A stretch of 64,000 nucleotides of DNA from Terriglobia bacterium (lineage in GTDB: Bacteria; Acidobacteriota; Terriglobia; Terriglobales; SCQP01). The position numbers were made by a program, and so were the translations under genes. The notes below the pieces were generated by a model. The model was not told where the DNA came from. It was given only the letters and a program-made list of their open reading frames with translations, and did no database searches. The stretch's first letter is position 1, and every line of letters starts with the position of its first letter. Location: assembly GCA_021323595.1 (NCBI GenBank), contig JAJPKR010000012.1, positions 4,056 to 68,055 on the forward strand. The letters are read 5' to 3'. Positions 23,378 through 32,352 of this stretch are shown here, one piece after another.

Positions 23378-25507
23378 ATGCTCCACGCGTTCCGCAATCG
23401 CCTCGCCCGCATGCCGGAGGCGGCTCTGCGCTATCTGACCGCATCGGCGTGGCGCTCGATGGCGATTTTCCTGGTGCTGGCGTTCGTTCCCATTCTGCTG
23501 TTGACCTACTACATCGTTTCCTCCAGCATCGAGCATGCCAAGGCGGAGGCGGCCAGCGCCGATATCGAATGGCGGGGCTTTTCCGCGGCGCTGCTGGGCA
23601 CGAGTTTTCGCGGCGAAATCGAAGCCATGAACGGCGTCGCCGATGAAACCTCGCTGCATCGCGCGCTGCGCGGCTCACGGCAGAATCCGCTGGATCGCAT
23701 TCTCCGCCGCATGCGGGTGCGGCAGCCGGAGTTTTCCACCGTTGCGCTCTACGACAATAGCGGCACCCTGCTGGCTTGGGCCGGCCGCCAGCAGGCGCCG
23801 CCGCCGGTGGCGCTTGGCTCACCCTGGTTCGACGCAGTCGAGCAAGGGGAGGCGCTCTTTGTCTCCCCGCTCACAACCACTCCTAGCGGTCCGGCGCTGA
23901 TCCTGGCCGTGCCGGTTACCTCGGACGCCACCCAAGCGGCGGCGCGGCAAGGGGTGTTGATGGCGGAGCTGCCCGACGCCGTCATCGAGGACTGGGTGCG
24001 GCGAGTCAATACCAGCAACGAACGTTTCGTGTACCTGGTCGACCGCCAGCGGCATGTCGTGGGCGGGCCGCAAAATGGGCCGCTCGCGCCCGCGGACGTG
24101 GGCCAGATGCTGGGCGTGGAACCCGCGCTGGCGGGCAAGTCCGGAACCGTGGATTTCCTCACGCCGATTCACCTGGAGTCGCAGGTGGTCAGCTACGCGC
24201 CGCTGCCGGAAGCGCAAATGGCGATCTTGGTCGTGCGGCCGGTGCGCATCGGAGTTTATTTCCTCCGCGCCTTCTCCGACAAGCTGGCGCTGATCGCGAT
24301 GGTGGTGTTTCTGCTGGCGCTGGCGGGCGGCTGGCTGCTGCGCGCGGCGTTCCGCTACTACCAGCGCTATACGCGCGAAGTCGAGCGCGGGCGGCACAAA
24401 ACGGAAGCGCTGCTGAGCAGTATTGGCGACGGGGTGTTCGCGGTGGACGCCGAGCAGCGCATCATCGAGTTCAACCCGGCGGCGGCGGCACTTTCCGGGC
24501 GTGACCCCAAGGAGGCGCTGGGGCGGCGCTACACCGACGTGATCGCGCTCGTGGACGAGGCGAGCGGCGAGCAGGCATTGGATCTGGTGCCGCAGACCAT
24601 GCAACAACGGCGCACCTTGCGTTTTGCGCGCAATTTGCGCCTGGTGCGCGCCGACGGCTCGACCCTACCGGTCGCGGTCAGCGCGGCGCCTGTGCGGGAC
24701 GAGCAAGGCGGGGTCAGCGGCTGCATCGTGGTGCTGAGCGACGTCAGCCAGGAGCGGGAAGTGGACCGGCTGAAGACCGAATTTATCAGCCTCGCCAGCC
24801 ATCAGCTACGCACGCCGATGAGCGGGGTGAAGGGGGTCTTGTCGTTGCTCCTCGACGGCGTGCTCGGCCCGCTGAGTCCGGAACAGAGGCAATATTTGGG
24901 CCGCGCTTACGAGGCCAACGAGCGGCTGATCTCGCTCGTCAATGATCTGCTCAACGTGAGCCGCCTGGAGCAAGGGCGGCTTCAGCTCAGCCGCGAGCCG
25001 GTGGACCTGGGGCGCGTGCTGGAATCGGTGGTGACGGAGCTGCGGCCGCGCGCGGCGCATTATTTCCAAGAACTGGCTCTCGAGCAATCCCGGGAGCCGC
25101 TGACCGTGCGCGGCGATGCACTGCGGCTGCGCGAGGTCTTCGTCAATTTGGTGGACAACGCCATCAAGTACACCCCCGAGCGCGGCTCCGTGCACGTCCG
25201 GGCGCGGGCCGAGGAGCATCAGGCGGTGGTGGAAGTGACCGATACGGGCGTGGGTGTGCCGGCGGAGCAAATCCCGGGCTTGTTCCAAAAATTCCACCGC
25301 ATTCCGAACGAGCTCACCGCGCGGGAATTCGGCACGGGGTTGGGGCTGTACTTCGTCAAGTCGGTGGTGGATTTGCATCACGGCAGCATCTCGGTGGCTA
25401 GCGAGATAGGGCGCGGCTCGACCTTCACCGTGCGCCTGCCGCTCTTGAGCCCGCAAGAGCGGCCGCTCGAGCCGACGGTGGCGGAAGCGGCGGCGCCCTC
25501 GTCCTAG
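23378..25507 (+). CDS. Membrane sensor histidine kinase (extracytoplasmic sensor region, PAS, HisKA, HATPase_c)
   Basis: 709 aa with two TM segments. The PAS-like region is LLSSIGDGVFAVD...; H-box SHQLRTPM; N-box NLVDNAIKYT; G1 DTGVGV; G2 GTGLGL. Confidence 0.9.
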   Translation: MLHAFRNRLARMPEAALRYLTASAWRSMAIFLVLAFVPILLLTYYIVSSSIEHAKAEAASADIEWRGFSAALLGTSFRGEIEAMNGVADETSLHRALRGSRQNPLDRILRRMRVRQPEFSTVALYDNSGTLLAWAGRQQAPPPVALGSPWFDAVEQGEALFVSPLTTTPSGPALILAVPVTSDATQAAARQGVLMAELPDAVIEDWVRRVNTSNERFVYLVDRQRHVVGGPQNGPLAPADVGQMLGVEPALAGKSGTVDFLTPIHLESQVVSYAPLPEAQMAILVVRPVRIGVYFLRAFSDKLALIAMVVFLLALAGGWLLRAAFRYYQRYTREVERGRHKTEALLSSIGDGVFAVDAEQRIIEFNPAAAALSGRDPKEALGRRYTDVIALVDEASGEQALDLVPQTMQQRRTLRFARNLRLVRADGSTLPVAVSAAPVRDEQGGVSGCIVVLSDVSQEREVDRLKTEFISLASHQLRTPMSGVKGVLSLLLDGVLGPLSPEQRQYLGRAYEANERLISLVNDLLNVSRLEQGRLQLSREPVDLGRVLESVVTELRPRAAHYFQELALEQSREPLTVRGDALRLREVFVNLVDNAIKYTPERGSVHVRARAEEHQAVVEVTDTGVGVPAEQIPGLFQKFHRIPNELTAREFGTGLGLYFVKSVVDLHHGSISVASEIGRGSTFTVRLPLLSPQERPLEPTVAEAAAPSS

Positions 25508-25720
25508 GGCGCGGGGCCGCGGCCCGAGCGGCCGGGTTTCGCGCGCCTGCGGCCGGGCGGACGCCCTGCAAGGCCGAGAGCAGAGCCCGCGACCGCGCGT
25601 CGAGACGGCCGCATGCGTGGATCGGCCGGAACGAAGCGGACGGAGCGGCATGCGAGCGATGCGACGAGTGCCCCGTGCTTCATGGCCGCTCCGCTATCGG
25701 GGATGTTATGGTGAGGCTAA

Positions 25721-27361
25721 ATGCCTGCCTCGAGCCCGCCTTGGTTCCAAAACGCCGTCTTCTACGAGCTGCCGGTGCGCTCCTTCTACGACTGGAATGC
25801 CGACGGCTATGGCGATTTTCGCGGCCTGATCGACAAGCTGGACTACTTGGAATGGCTGGGCGTGGATTGTCTCTGGCTGCTGCCATTCTATCCCTCGCCG
25901 CTGAAGGACGACGGCTACGACATTTCCGACTTCCGCACCCTCGATCCGGTCTACGGCACGCTGGAAGACTTTCGGGAATTCGTCGAGGAGGCGCACGAAC
26001 GCAACATCCGCGTGCTCGCCGACCTGGTGATGAATCATACGTCCGATCAGCACGCCTGGTTCCAACAGGCGCGGCGGTGGCCTGCCTCGCCATTTCGTTC
26101 TTGGTACGTTTGGAGTGACGATCCGCGGCGTTACGGCGGCGCGCGCATCATCTTCGTCGATACGGAAGTGAGCAATTGGACATGGGATCCGGTGGCCAAC
26201 GCCTATTACTGGCATCGCTTCTACAGCCATCAACCCGATCTGAATTACGACGAGCCGGCGGTGCGGCAAGCCATGCTCGACGTCGTGGATCACTGGCTGG
26301 ACATGGGGCTCGACGGTTTTCGTTGCGACGCGGTGCCGTACTTGTTCGAGCGCGAGGGGACCAACTGCGAAAACCTGCCGGAGACGCACGCGTTTCTGCG
26401 GGAACTGCGGCGCCACGTGGATGAGCGCTACGGCGGCGACCGCATCCTCATGGCGGAAGCCAATCAATGGCCGAGCGACGTGGTGCGCTACTTCGGCCAG
26501 GGTGACGAATTCCACATGGCGTTCCATTTTCCGCTCATGCCGCGCCTTTTCATGGCGACGCGGCAAGAGAGCCGGCGGCCGATCGTGGAGATCATGGCGC
26601 AGACCCCGGCGATTCCGCCGGGCTGCCAGTGGGGCCTGTTCCTGCGCAATCACGACGAGCTGACCCTGGAAATGTGCTCGGACGAGGAGCGCGACTACAT
26701 GTACTACGAGTACGCGCGCGATCCGCGCATGAAACTGAACATCGGCATCCGCCGCCGCCTGGCCCCGATCGTCGAGAACAGCCGGCGCGAGATCGAGCTG
26801 ATGAACACGCTGCTGTTTTCGATGCCGGGAGCGCCGGTGATCTATTACGGCGATGAGATCGGGATGGGCGACAACATCTATTTGGCCGACCGCAACGGCG
26901 TGCGCACGCCCATGCAATGGAACGTGGACCGCAACGGCGGCTTCTCCAAGGCGCTGCCGGAGAAGCTCTATTCGCCGCTGATCCAGAATCCTGTGTACAG
27001 CTACCAGGCGGTCAACGTGGAGCGGCAGTTCCAGAATCCCAACTCGCTGCTCAACTGGATGCGGGCACTGATTAAGTTGCGGCACAAGAACCCGGTCTTC
27101 GGCCGCGGCACGCTCGAATTCCTGGCGCCGGATAACGACCGCGTGCTGGCCTTCCTGCGCGCGGATGAAAGCAGCACCGTGCTGGTGGTGGCGAACTTGG
27201 CGCACACCTCGCAGGCCGTCCAGCTCGACCTCTCCCGCTTCGCCGGCCGAACGCCGGTCGAGATGTTCGGCGATGCCGTATTTCCCCCGATCACCGCGGC
27301 GCCGTATCAATTGGCGCTAGCACCCTACGGCTATTACTGGTTCCGGCTGGAGCGGGCGTAA
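25721..27361 (+). CDS. treS: Trehalose synthase / maltose alpha-D-glucosyltransferase (GH13), without a maltokinase domain
   Basis: 546 aa. The N-terminus [64 protein letters not shown] is TreS-like. GH13 regions [15 protein letters not shown] and FLRNHDELT are present. Confidence 0.88.
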   Translation: MPASSPPWFQNAVFYELPVRSFYDWNADGYGDFRGLIDKLDYLEWLGVDCLWLLPFYPSPLKDDGYDISDFRTLDPVYGTLEDFREFVEEAHERNIRVLADLVMNHTSDQHAWFQQARRWPASPFRSWYVWSDDPRRYGGARIIFVDTEVSNWTWDPVANAYYWHRFYSHQPDLNYDEPAVRQAMLDVVDHWLDMGLDGFRCDAVPYLFEREGTNCENLPETHAFLRELRRHVDERYGGDRILMAEANQWPSDVVRYFGQGDEFHMAFHFPLMPRLFMATRQESRRPIVEIMAQTPAIPPGCQWGLFLRNHDELTLEMCSDEERDYMYYEYARDPRMKLNIGIRRRLAPIVENSRREIELMNTLLFSMPGAPVIYYGDEIGMGDNIYLADRNGVRTPMQWNVDRNGGFSKALPEKLYSPLIQNPVYSYQAVNVERQFQNPNSLLNWMRALIKLRHKNPVFGRGTLEFLAPDNDRVLAFLRADESSTVLVVANLAHTSQAVQLDLSRFAGRTPVEMFGDAVFPPITAAPYQLALAPYGYYWFRLERA

Positions 27362-27387
27362 GTCGCGCCCGCGATTCATCCCGCCTT

Positions 27388-27427
27388 AAAACAAGAAGGC
27401 CCCGTCCGGCGCCGGCCGGGCGGGGCC
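27388..27427 (-). terminator. Intrinsic terminator of OM receptor gene 1, in a convergent gap with treS
   Basis: A GGCCCCG...CGGGGCC stem at 27398-27427 is followed on the minus strand by TTCTTGTTTT (plus-strand 27388-27397). Confidence 0.55.
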
Positions 27428-27445
27428 CCAGCGGCAAGCGCGCGA

Positions 27446-30400
27446 TCAGAAGCTGATCTTCGCCGCGAGCTGGATCAGGCGCGGGTTGCCCGTCGTATTG
27501 GTGACCCGCCCGAAGTTGCCGGTGCCGAAGGTACCGCTCGAATTCGCGAACTGGGCGTGATTGAACGCGTTAAAAAACTCTCCGCGAATTTCGAGTTGCT
27601 TATCCTCCGCGAGCTTGAAGAAACGCGACAGCGCGATGTCCCAATTGTTGATGCCCGGGCCATGGAAGAAATTGCGGCCCGTGGTTCCTATGGTCCCAAG
27701 CGCGTTCTGCGCGAAATCCTTCGGATTGAAGACCTCGTGGTTGGGTGAAATGCGGATCTGGCTGACGGTCTTGACGGGCGAGACCAGATCGGGCCGCTCG
27801 ACACAGCCAAAAAAGGAGAAGACGGGATCGCAGCGGAGCGAGCGGGCGCTGCGATTGCTGATGGTCACGGGGAAGCCGGTCTCCATCGTGGTGAAACCGC
27901 TCAGACGCCAGCCATTCAGCACCTCGCGCGCCGCCCAAGGCGCGTTGCCGAGCTTGGGCAAATCATAGATGTAGGCCAGGCTGAGGTGATGGCGGGCATC
28001 GTAGGCGGAGTCGCCGTAGGTATAGGCGAGATCGCCCGGCAGCACGTTGCCGTTTTCGTAGCTCGAACCTTGATCGAGGGCGTGGGCCCAGGTGTAGCTC
28101 AGCTGGAGCTGCAAATCGTTGCTGAAGGGCTTGTGCAGCGAAAGCTGCATGGAGTTGTAGTTGGAGTTGAGGAACGTCCCGATCTGGCCGGCGGAAGCAA
28201 AGATCGTGGAATCGGCCACGGTGCCGGTATTCGTGATCGTGGCTTCATTGGTAGCGTGGCAGCCGGGCGTGGCCAGGCAGATCGCGGGGTTGAGCGGGTT
28301 CAACTCAATCGTGCCTTCGAGGTGATGGCCGAAGGAGCCGACATAGGAAGCCGTGAACAGGGTAGACCAGGGCAGCTGCTTTTCGATCGCCAGGTTCGCG
28401 TTCTCCACATACTGCTGGCTGAATTTGGGGTCCACGGAGTTTAGCGAAAAGGGCTCGAAGAACGGCCAGCAAAGGCCGCCGCCGGGGGTGCAGGTGCTGG
28501 CGATATTGGCGCCGCGAGTCGGCGCAATGAAGGGGTACTTGTTGGGAATCGAGTTGCTGCCGGTCACGTCCACCCACGGATTGGCGAAGGAAGGCGAGCC
28601 GCCGATGTCGCCGATGCCGGAGTCGATCAGCGCAAACGGCGGCGCGATCAGATTTTGCAGCGTCAGCTCTTCCTCGGAATTGTCGTAGTAAATGCCGTAG
28701 CCGGCTTGAATGCTGAGGGTCTGCGTCGGATGGTAAATGACGCCCAACCGGGGCGCGAAGTGCCCGTAATGTGTCTTGTAAATGGATGGCGGCAGGCCGT
28801 TGTCACCGGGGAAAATCAGGCCCGTCGGCGCCGTGGGGAAGACCGTGGACTGCTGGCCGGGTGAAAAGACATTCACCGCCAGGCCGCCGTTCCACAGATC
28901 GGTGAGCGGCGTGTCAATCTGCCAGCCCAGACCGTACACCAAATTGAGTTTCGGCGTAACCTGCCACTGGTCCTGGAAAAAGGAATAGAACTCCCACGAG
29001 CGCGCGTTGATGATGTTGCCGCTGCTTTGGCCATAGGAATCCGGAATGCCCAACAAGAAGTCGGCGCCCGGCGCGCCCGTGCTGTACGTGCCTTGGCCGC
29101 CGAAGCTGAAGGAGCCGTTGTTCTCGAAGTTGAAGGGATTGAAGACGTGTTCGCGCCGGATGTCGGTGCCGAACATCATGGTGTGATGGCCGTGCACCCA
29201 GGACAGGTGGTCGATGAGCTCCCCCGTGTCGTCGATGCGCGGCTGCGGCCCGTTGACCGAGAACCCGAGCGTGAAGAACCCCGAAACCGCGACTTCCGGC
29301 AGACCCTCGCCCTTGGTGTTCTGGGGATTGATGCCGGTGAATCCCACCGAGGAGGGGGCGGTGGGATTCTGCGGCTCAACCGCGTCGAAGTTGAATCGAT
29401 CGTAGTTGAGTTTGAAGACGTTCAGGACATTGGACGTGAACGTGTGCGTTTCATCGAGCGTGTATTGCTGCGTGTGGCGGGAATCAATCTCGCCGAACCC
29501 AGGCAGCGTGGCGCCGGTGAAGGGAAGCGTTTCCGTAGTCGGGTTGGTTTGCCAGAACTGGTAGTAGAAGAGCCGGTCGTTGTCGGAGAGGTTGTAATCG
29601 AGACGGTAAAGAATCTGGTCCGCCGAGGCGGTATTGGCGGTCGGGAAGATGTAGTTGTACAGATCGCCCGTGGCCGAGGAGGGCGCTTGCGGCACGAACT
29701 GGCTCAGCAGCTTCACCGAGATCGGGTTGAAGTCGGCGGCGGGAATAACGCCGCTGCTGAAGAGGCTCGAGTAGGCGGTTCCCGCCGGGCACTGCACGGA
29801 GCCGCCGGCGGGGCAGGGCGAATTGGCATCCCCGAAGAGAGGGATCGGGGAGCTGCCTTTCGAGGCCGCAAGGGCGCCGCAGGTGGAAGCGGTACAGGCG
29901 CTGAAATCGCCCTGGCTCTCGGCGCCGGTGAAAATCGGCGTGGTCGTGGTGGCGCCGGTCCGGTTGCGCGTGCCCTGGTACGAGGCGAAAAAGAAGAACT
30001 TGTTGCGGATAATCGGACCGCCGAACGTGCCGCCGAATTGATTCTGGTGAAAAGGCGCGCGCACCGGATTGGGCGATTGATTGCCGAAAAAGGTGTTGGC
30101 GTTGAGCGAGGTATCGCGATAAAACTCAAACGCGTCGCCATGCCAAGCGTTGGTGCCGTTCTTGATATCGGCGATGAGCGTCGCGCCGGAGTTGCGGCCA
30201 TATTCGGGCAGCAGCGTGCTGGAAATGACCCGCACTTCTTGGAGCGCATCCGGGCTCGGCGGCGTCAGGGGCGTGTTGAGCGGTAGGTCGTTCCAGTCAG
30301 TGCCGTTGACCAGGTAATCGTTGGCTTGCGTCCGGCTGCCGTTGGTGGAAAAGGTGCCGAAACGGTCGGAGGAGGTCGCGACGCCGGGGATGGACTGCTG

Positions 30401-30865
30401 CAACTGCACCCAGTTGCGGCCATTGAGAGGCAGCGCGGTGATCTCGGTCGAATTGATGGTGGCGGCGCTTTGCGTCGTGGTGGTCTGCACCTGCACCGGA
30501 TTGCTCGACACCTCGACCGTCTGGCTCACCTCGCCGACGGCAAGCGTGGCGTTGATGGTGTAATCCTGGTTGACGCGCAGCACGACGTTGTTCTGGGCGT
30601 AAGCTTTGAAGCCGGTCTTGGTGACCTTGACGTTGTAGGTGCCCGGGGGCAGAGCGAGGACGACGAAGCCGCCGTCAGGCCCGCTCGTGACCGTGCGCGT
30701 GAGATTGGTCCCTACCTCCGACACGGTAATCGTGGCCCCGGGCAGGGCGGCGCCGGTTGCGTCTTTCACGTTGCCGCGGATCGAACCGGTGACGTCGGCG
30801 AACAGCGCGGGGACAGCGACCAGAAGAGCCAATGCAGCCGCAATCAGAAGCACTCGAGATTTCAT
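27446..30865 (-). CDS. Giant outer-membrane protein: carboxypeptidase-regulatory-like (CarboxypepD_reg) domain plus a TonB-dependent-receptor-like plug and barrel (paralog 1)
   Basis: The start was taken at MKSRVLLIAAALALLVAVPALFA (signal peptide), with GAGAGG 10 nt upstream. The N-terminus GNVKDATGAALPGATITV...TGFKAY resembles CarboxypepD_reg, LNGRNWVQLQQSIPGV is plug-like, and the C-terminus QLAAKISF ends in Phe. Confidence 0.85.
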   Translation of the reverse strand: MKSRVLLIAAALALLVAVPALFADVTGSIRGNVKDATGAALPGATITVSEVGTNLTRTVTSGPDGGFVVLALPPGTYNVKVTKTGFKAYAQNNVVLRVNQDYTINATLAVGEVSQTVEVSSNPVQVQTTTTQSAATINSTEITALPLNGRNWVQLQQSIPGVATSSDRFGTFSTNGSRTQANDYLVNGTDWNDLPLNTPLTPPSPDALQEVRVISSTLLPEYGRNSGATLIADIKNGTNAWHGDAFEFYRDTSLNANTFFGNQSPNPVRAPFHQNQFGGTFGGPIIRNKFFFFASYQGTRNRTGATTTTPIFTGAESQGDFSACTASTCGALAASKGSSPIPLFGDANSPCPAGGSVQCPAGTAYSSLFSSGVIPAADFNPISVKLLSQFVPQAPSSATGDLYNYIFPTANTASADQILYRLDYNLSDNDRLFYYQFWQTNPTTETLPFTGATLPGFGEIDSRHTQQYTLDETHTFTSNVLNVFKLNYDRFNFDAVEPQNPTAPSSVGFTGINPQNTKGEGLPEVAVSGFFTLGFSVNGPQPRIDDTGELIDHLSWVHGHHTMMFGTDIRREHVFNPFNFENNGSFSFGGQGTYSTGAPGADFLLGIPDSYGQSSGNIINARSWEFYSFFQDQWQVTPKLNLVYGLGWQIDTPLTDLWNGGLAVNVFSPGQQSTVFPTAPTGLIFPGDNGLPPSIYKTHYGHFAPRLGVIYHPTQTLSIQAGYGIYYDNSEEELTLQNLIAPPFALIDSGIGDIGGSPSFANPWVDVTGSNSIPNKYPFIAPTRGANIASTCTPGGGLCWPFFEPFSLNSVDPKFSQQYVENANLAIEKQLPWSTLFTASYVGSFGHHLEGTIELNPLNPAICLATPGCHATNEATITNTGTVADSTIFASAGQIGTFLNSNYNSMQLSLHKPFSNDLQLQLSYTWAHALDQGSSYENGNVLPGDLAYTYGDSAYDARHHLSLAYIYDLPKLGNAPWAAREVLNGWRLSGFTTMETGFPVTISNRSARSLRCDPVFSFFGCVERPDLVSPVKTVSQIRISPNHEVFNPKDFAQNALGTIGTTGRNFFHGPGINNWDIALSRFFKLAEDKQLEIRGEFFNAFNHAQFANSSGTFGTGNFGRVTNTTGNPRLIQLAAKISF

Positions 30866-30978
30866 ATGTAAATTGCCTCTCACAATTCGCAACTAGGAAT
30901 ATCACTATCATTATTCGAGCCGCAAGCCCGTTTCGCTGCTTTGCTGAAATTTTTTGCCGGATTTCAAAGGTTCAATTT

Positions 30979-31007
30979 TTTGTATGTCACGGACACCGCA
31001 AATTCAA
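30979..31007 (-). promoter_or_regulatory. Candidate promoter of receptor gene 1: TTGAAT, 17 nt spacer, TACAAA (minus strand)
   Basis: Read on the minus strand, the -35 lies at plus-strand 31002-31007 and the -10 at 30979-30984, about 115-140 nt upstream of the ATG at 30865 in an AT-rich tract. Confidence 0.35.
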
Positions 31008-31157
31008 ATTTTCGAAAGTGGCGCAAGTTGCGAGGGCTAACAGAGATCAGCCGCCGAAAATCCTCGGAGAGCTGGGGTGAGTTCCAAAATCGCGAATTTG
31101 CAGTAACCGACCATTCGGTGTGGCGAGACACCGAGAGAGCCGTCGCCGCCGCAAAGC

Positions 31158-32282
31158 TTACGCCGGAGCGATTTGGCGGAGCGCGGTGAGAAAGGCCTGC
31201 ATCTGCGGCCGCGTGCCGATGGAGACGCGCAGCCAATCCGGCAGCGAGGGAAATTTGCGGCCGACGAGGATATTGCGCGCGCGGAACTGCCCGATGATGG
31301 GGGCCACGTCACGGTCCAGCGAAATCATCACGAAATTGGTGTGTGAAGGAATGTAGCGGCGGCCTTCCCGGTGCAACTCGGCGCAGAGCCAGTCGCGAGT
31401 GCCGTTGAGCAGACGGCGATTGCGCGGCACCACGTCCGGATCTTCCAGGCTGGCCTGCGCGGCGGCGAGCACAGCGGCGTTGGTGTTATCCCACAGCAGT
31501 TGCGCCCGGAGCGCGCGAATCAGATCGGGCTGGGCGACGCCGTAGCCCAATCGCATGCCGGCGAGGCCATAGACCTTCGAGAAGGTGCGGGCGATAAGGA
31601 GGTTGGGAAAGCGCGGGAGCCAGGGGATGACGCTGGCGTAGTCGGGGGTCTCGACGAAATGGAAATAGGCTTCGTCCACGAGCACGACGGCGTGCTTCGG
31701 CACGGCGTGCAGGAACGCCGCGACCTCGGCGCCGGTGTTGATGGTGCCGGTGGGATTGTTGGGATTGCAGAGATACACCAGGCCGGTGTTCGCGTCGCAC
31801 GCGGCGGCCATGGCGCGCAGATCGGAGCGGAAATCGCGGGTGACGGGAATCTTGCGGGTTTCGGCGCGGAAGACGCGAGCGAAGCCGGCCACGGCCTCGA
31901 AGGTGGGCTCGGCGACCACGACGTTCTTGCCCGGCGCCAAGAACGCCGCGTCGGCGGCGCGCAGAATTTCCGTCGAGCCGCAGCCCAGCGCAATCTGTTC
32001 GCGCCCGACCGCGTGCAGACGGGCGAGGGTGGCAGTTACGCGCTCGATGGCGGCTTCAGGATAACGGCTGGCGATGGTCTCCGCGCGGCTGATGGCGGCC
32101 AGGGCGCGGGGGCATGGGCCATAGGGGTTTTCGTTGGCGTTGAGCTGGATAGCGTCATCCGGAACCCCAAGCGGCAAGCTGGCGGCGGCTTCGCCGGCAA
32201 GCGCAGGCGCGGCCAGGGCCAAGGCGAGGGATTTTGCGGCGAGATCGCCGAATTGGCGGCGCGAAAGCGAGGGGAGGATCAT
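31158..32282 (-). CDS. HisC-like class-II PLP aminotransferase carrying a twin-arginine (Tat) signal peptide
   Basis: The start at 32282 has GAGGAG 8 nt upstream. The N-terminus MILPSLSRRQFGDLAAKSLALALAAPALAGEA shows an SRRxF Tat motif and an AxA cleavage site. The HisC-like core includes LNANENPYG, NPNNPTG and the PLP-lysine context TFSKVYGLAGMRLGY. Confidence 0.8.
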   Translation of the reverse strand: MILPSLSRRQFGDLAAKSLALALAAPALAGEAAASLPLGVPDDAIQLNANENPYGPCPRALAAISRAETIASRYPEAAIERVTATLARLHAVGREQIALGCGSTEILRAADAAFLAPGKNVVVAEPTFEAVAGFARVFRAETRKIPVTRDFRSDLRAMAAACDANTGLVYLCNPNNPTGTINTGAEVAAFLHAVPKHAVVLVDEAYFHFVETPDYASVIPWLPRFPNLLIARTFSKVYGLAGMRLGYGVAQPDLIRALRAQLLWDNTNAAVLAAAQASLEDPDVVPRNRRLLNGTRDWLCAELHREGRRYIPSHTNFVMISLDRDVAPIIGQFRARNILVGRKFPSLPDWLRVSIGTRPQMQAFLTALRQIAPA

Positions 32283-32352
32283 GCGGCGCGCTCCTCGAAA
32301 CGACCGGAGGATCATACTGCAGTTTTGCGGCGAAAAGGCATCTCCCTCAGCA

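Noticed and set aside
31118-31135. A small hairpin, CGGTGT-GGCGAG-ACACCG, downstream of the aminotransferase gene that might be a terminator.
   Set aside because: The stem is only 6 bp and no T-run follows on the minus strand (AATGG), so the evidence is insufficient.
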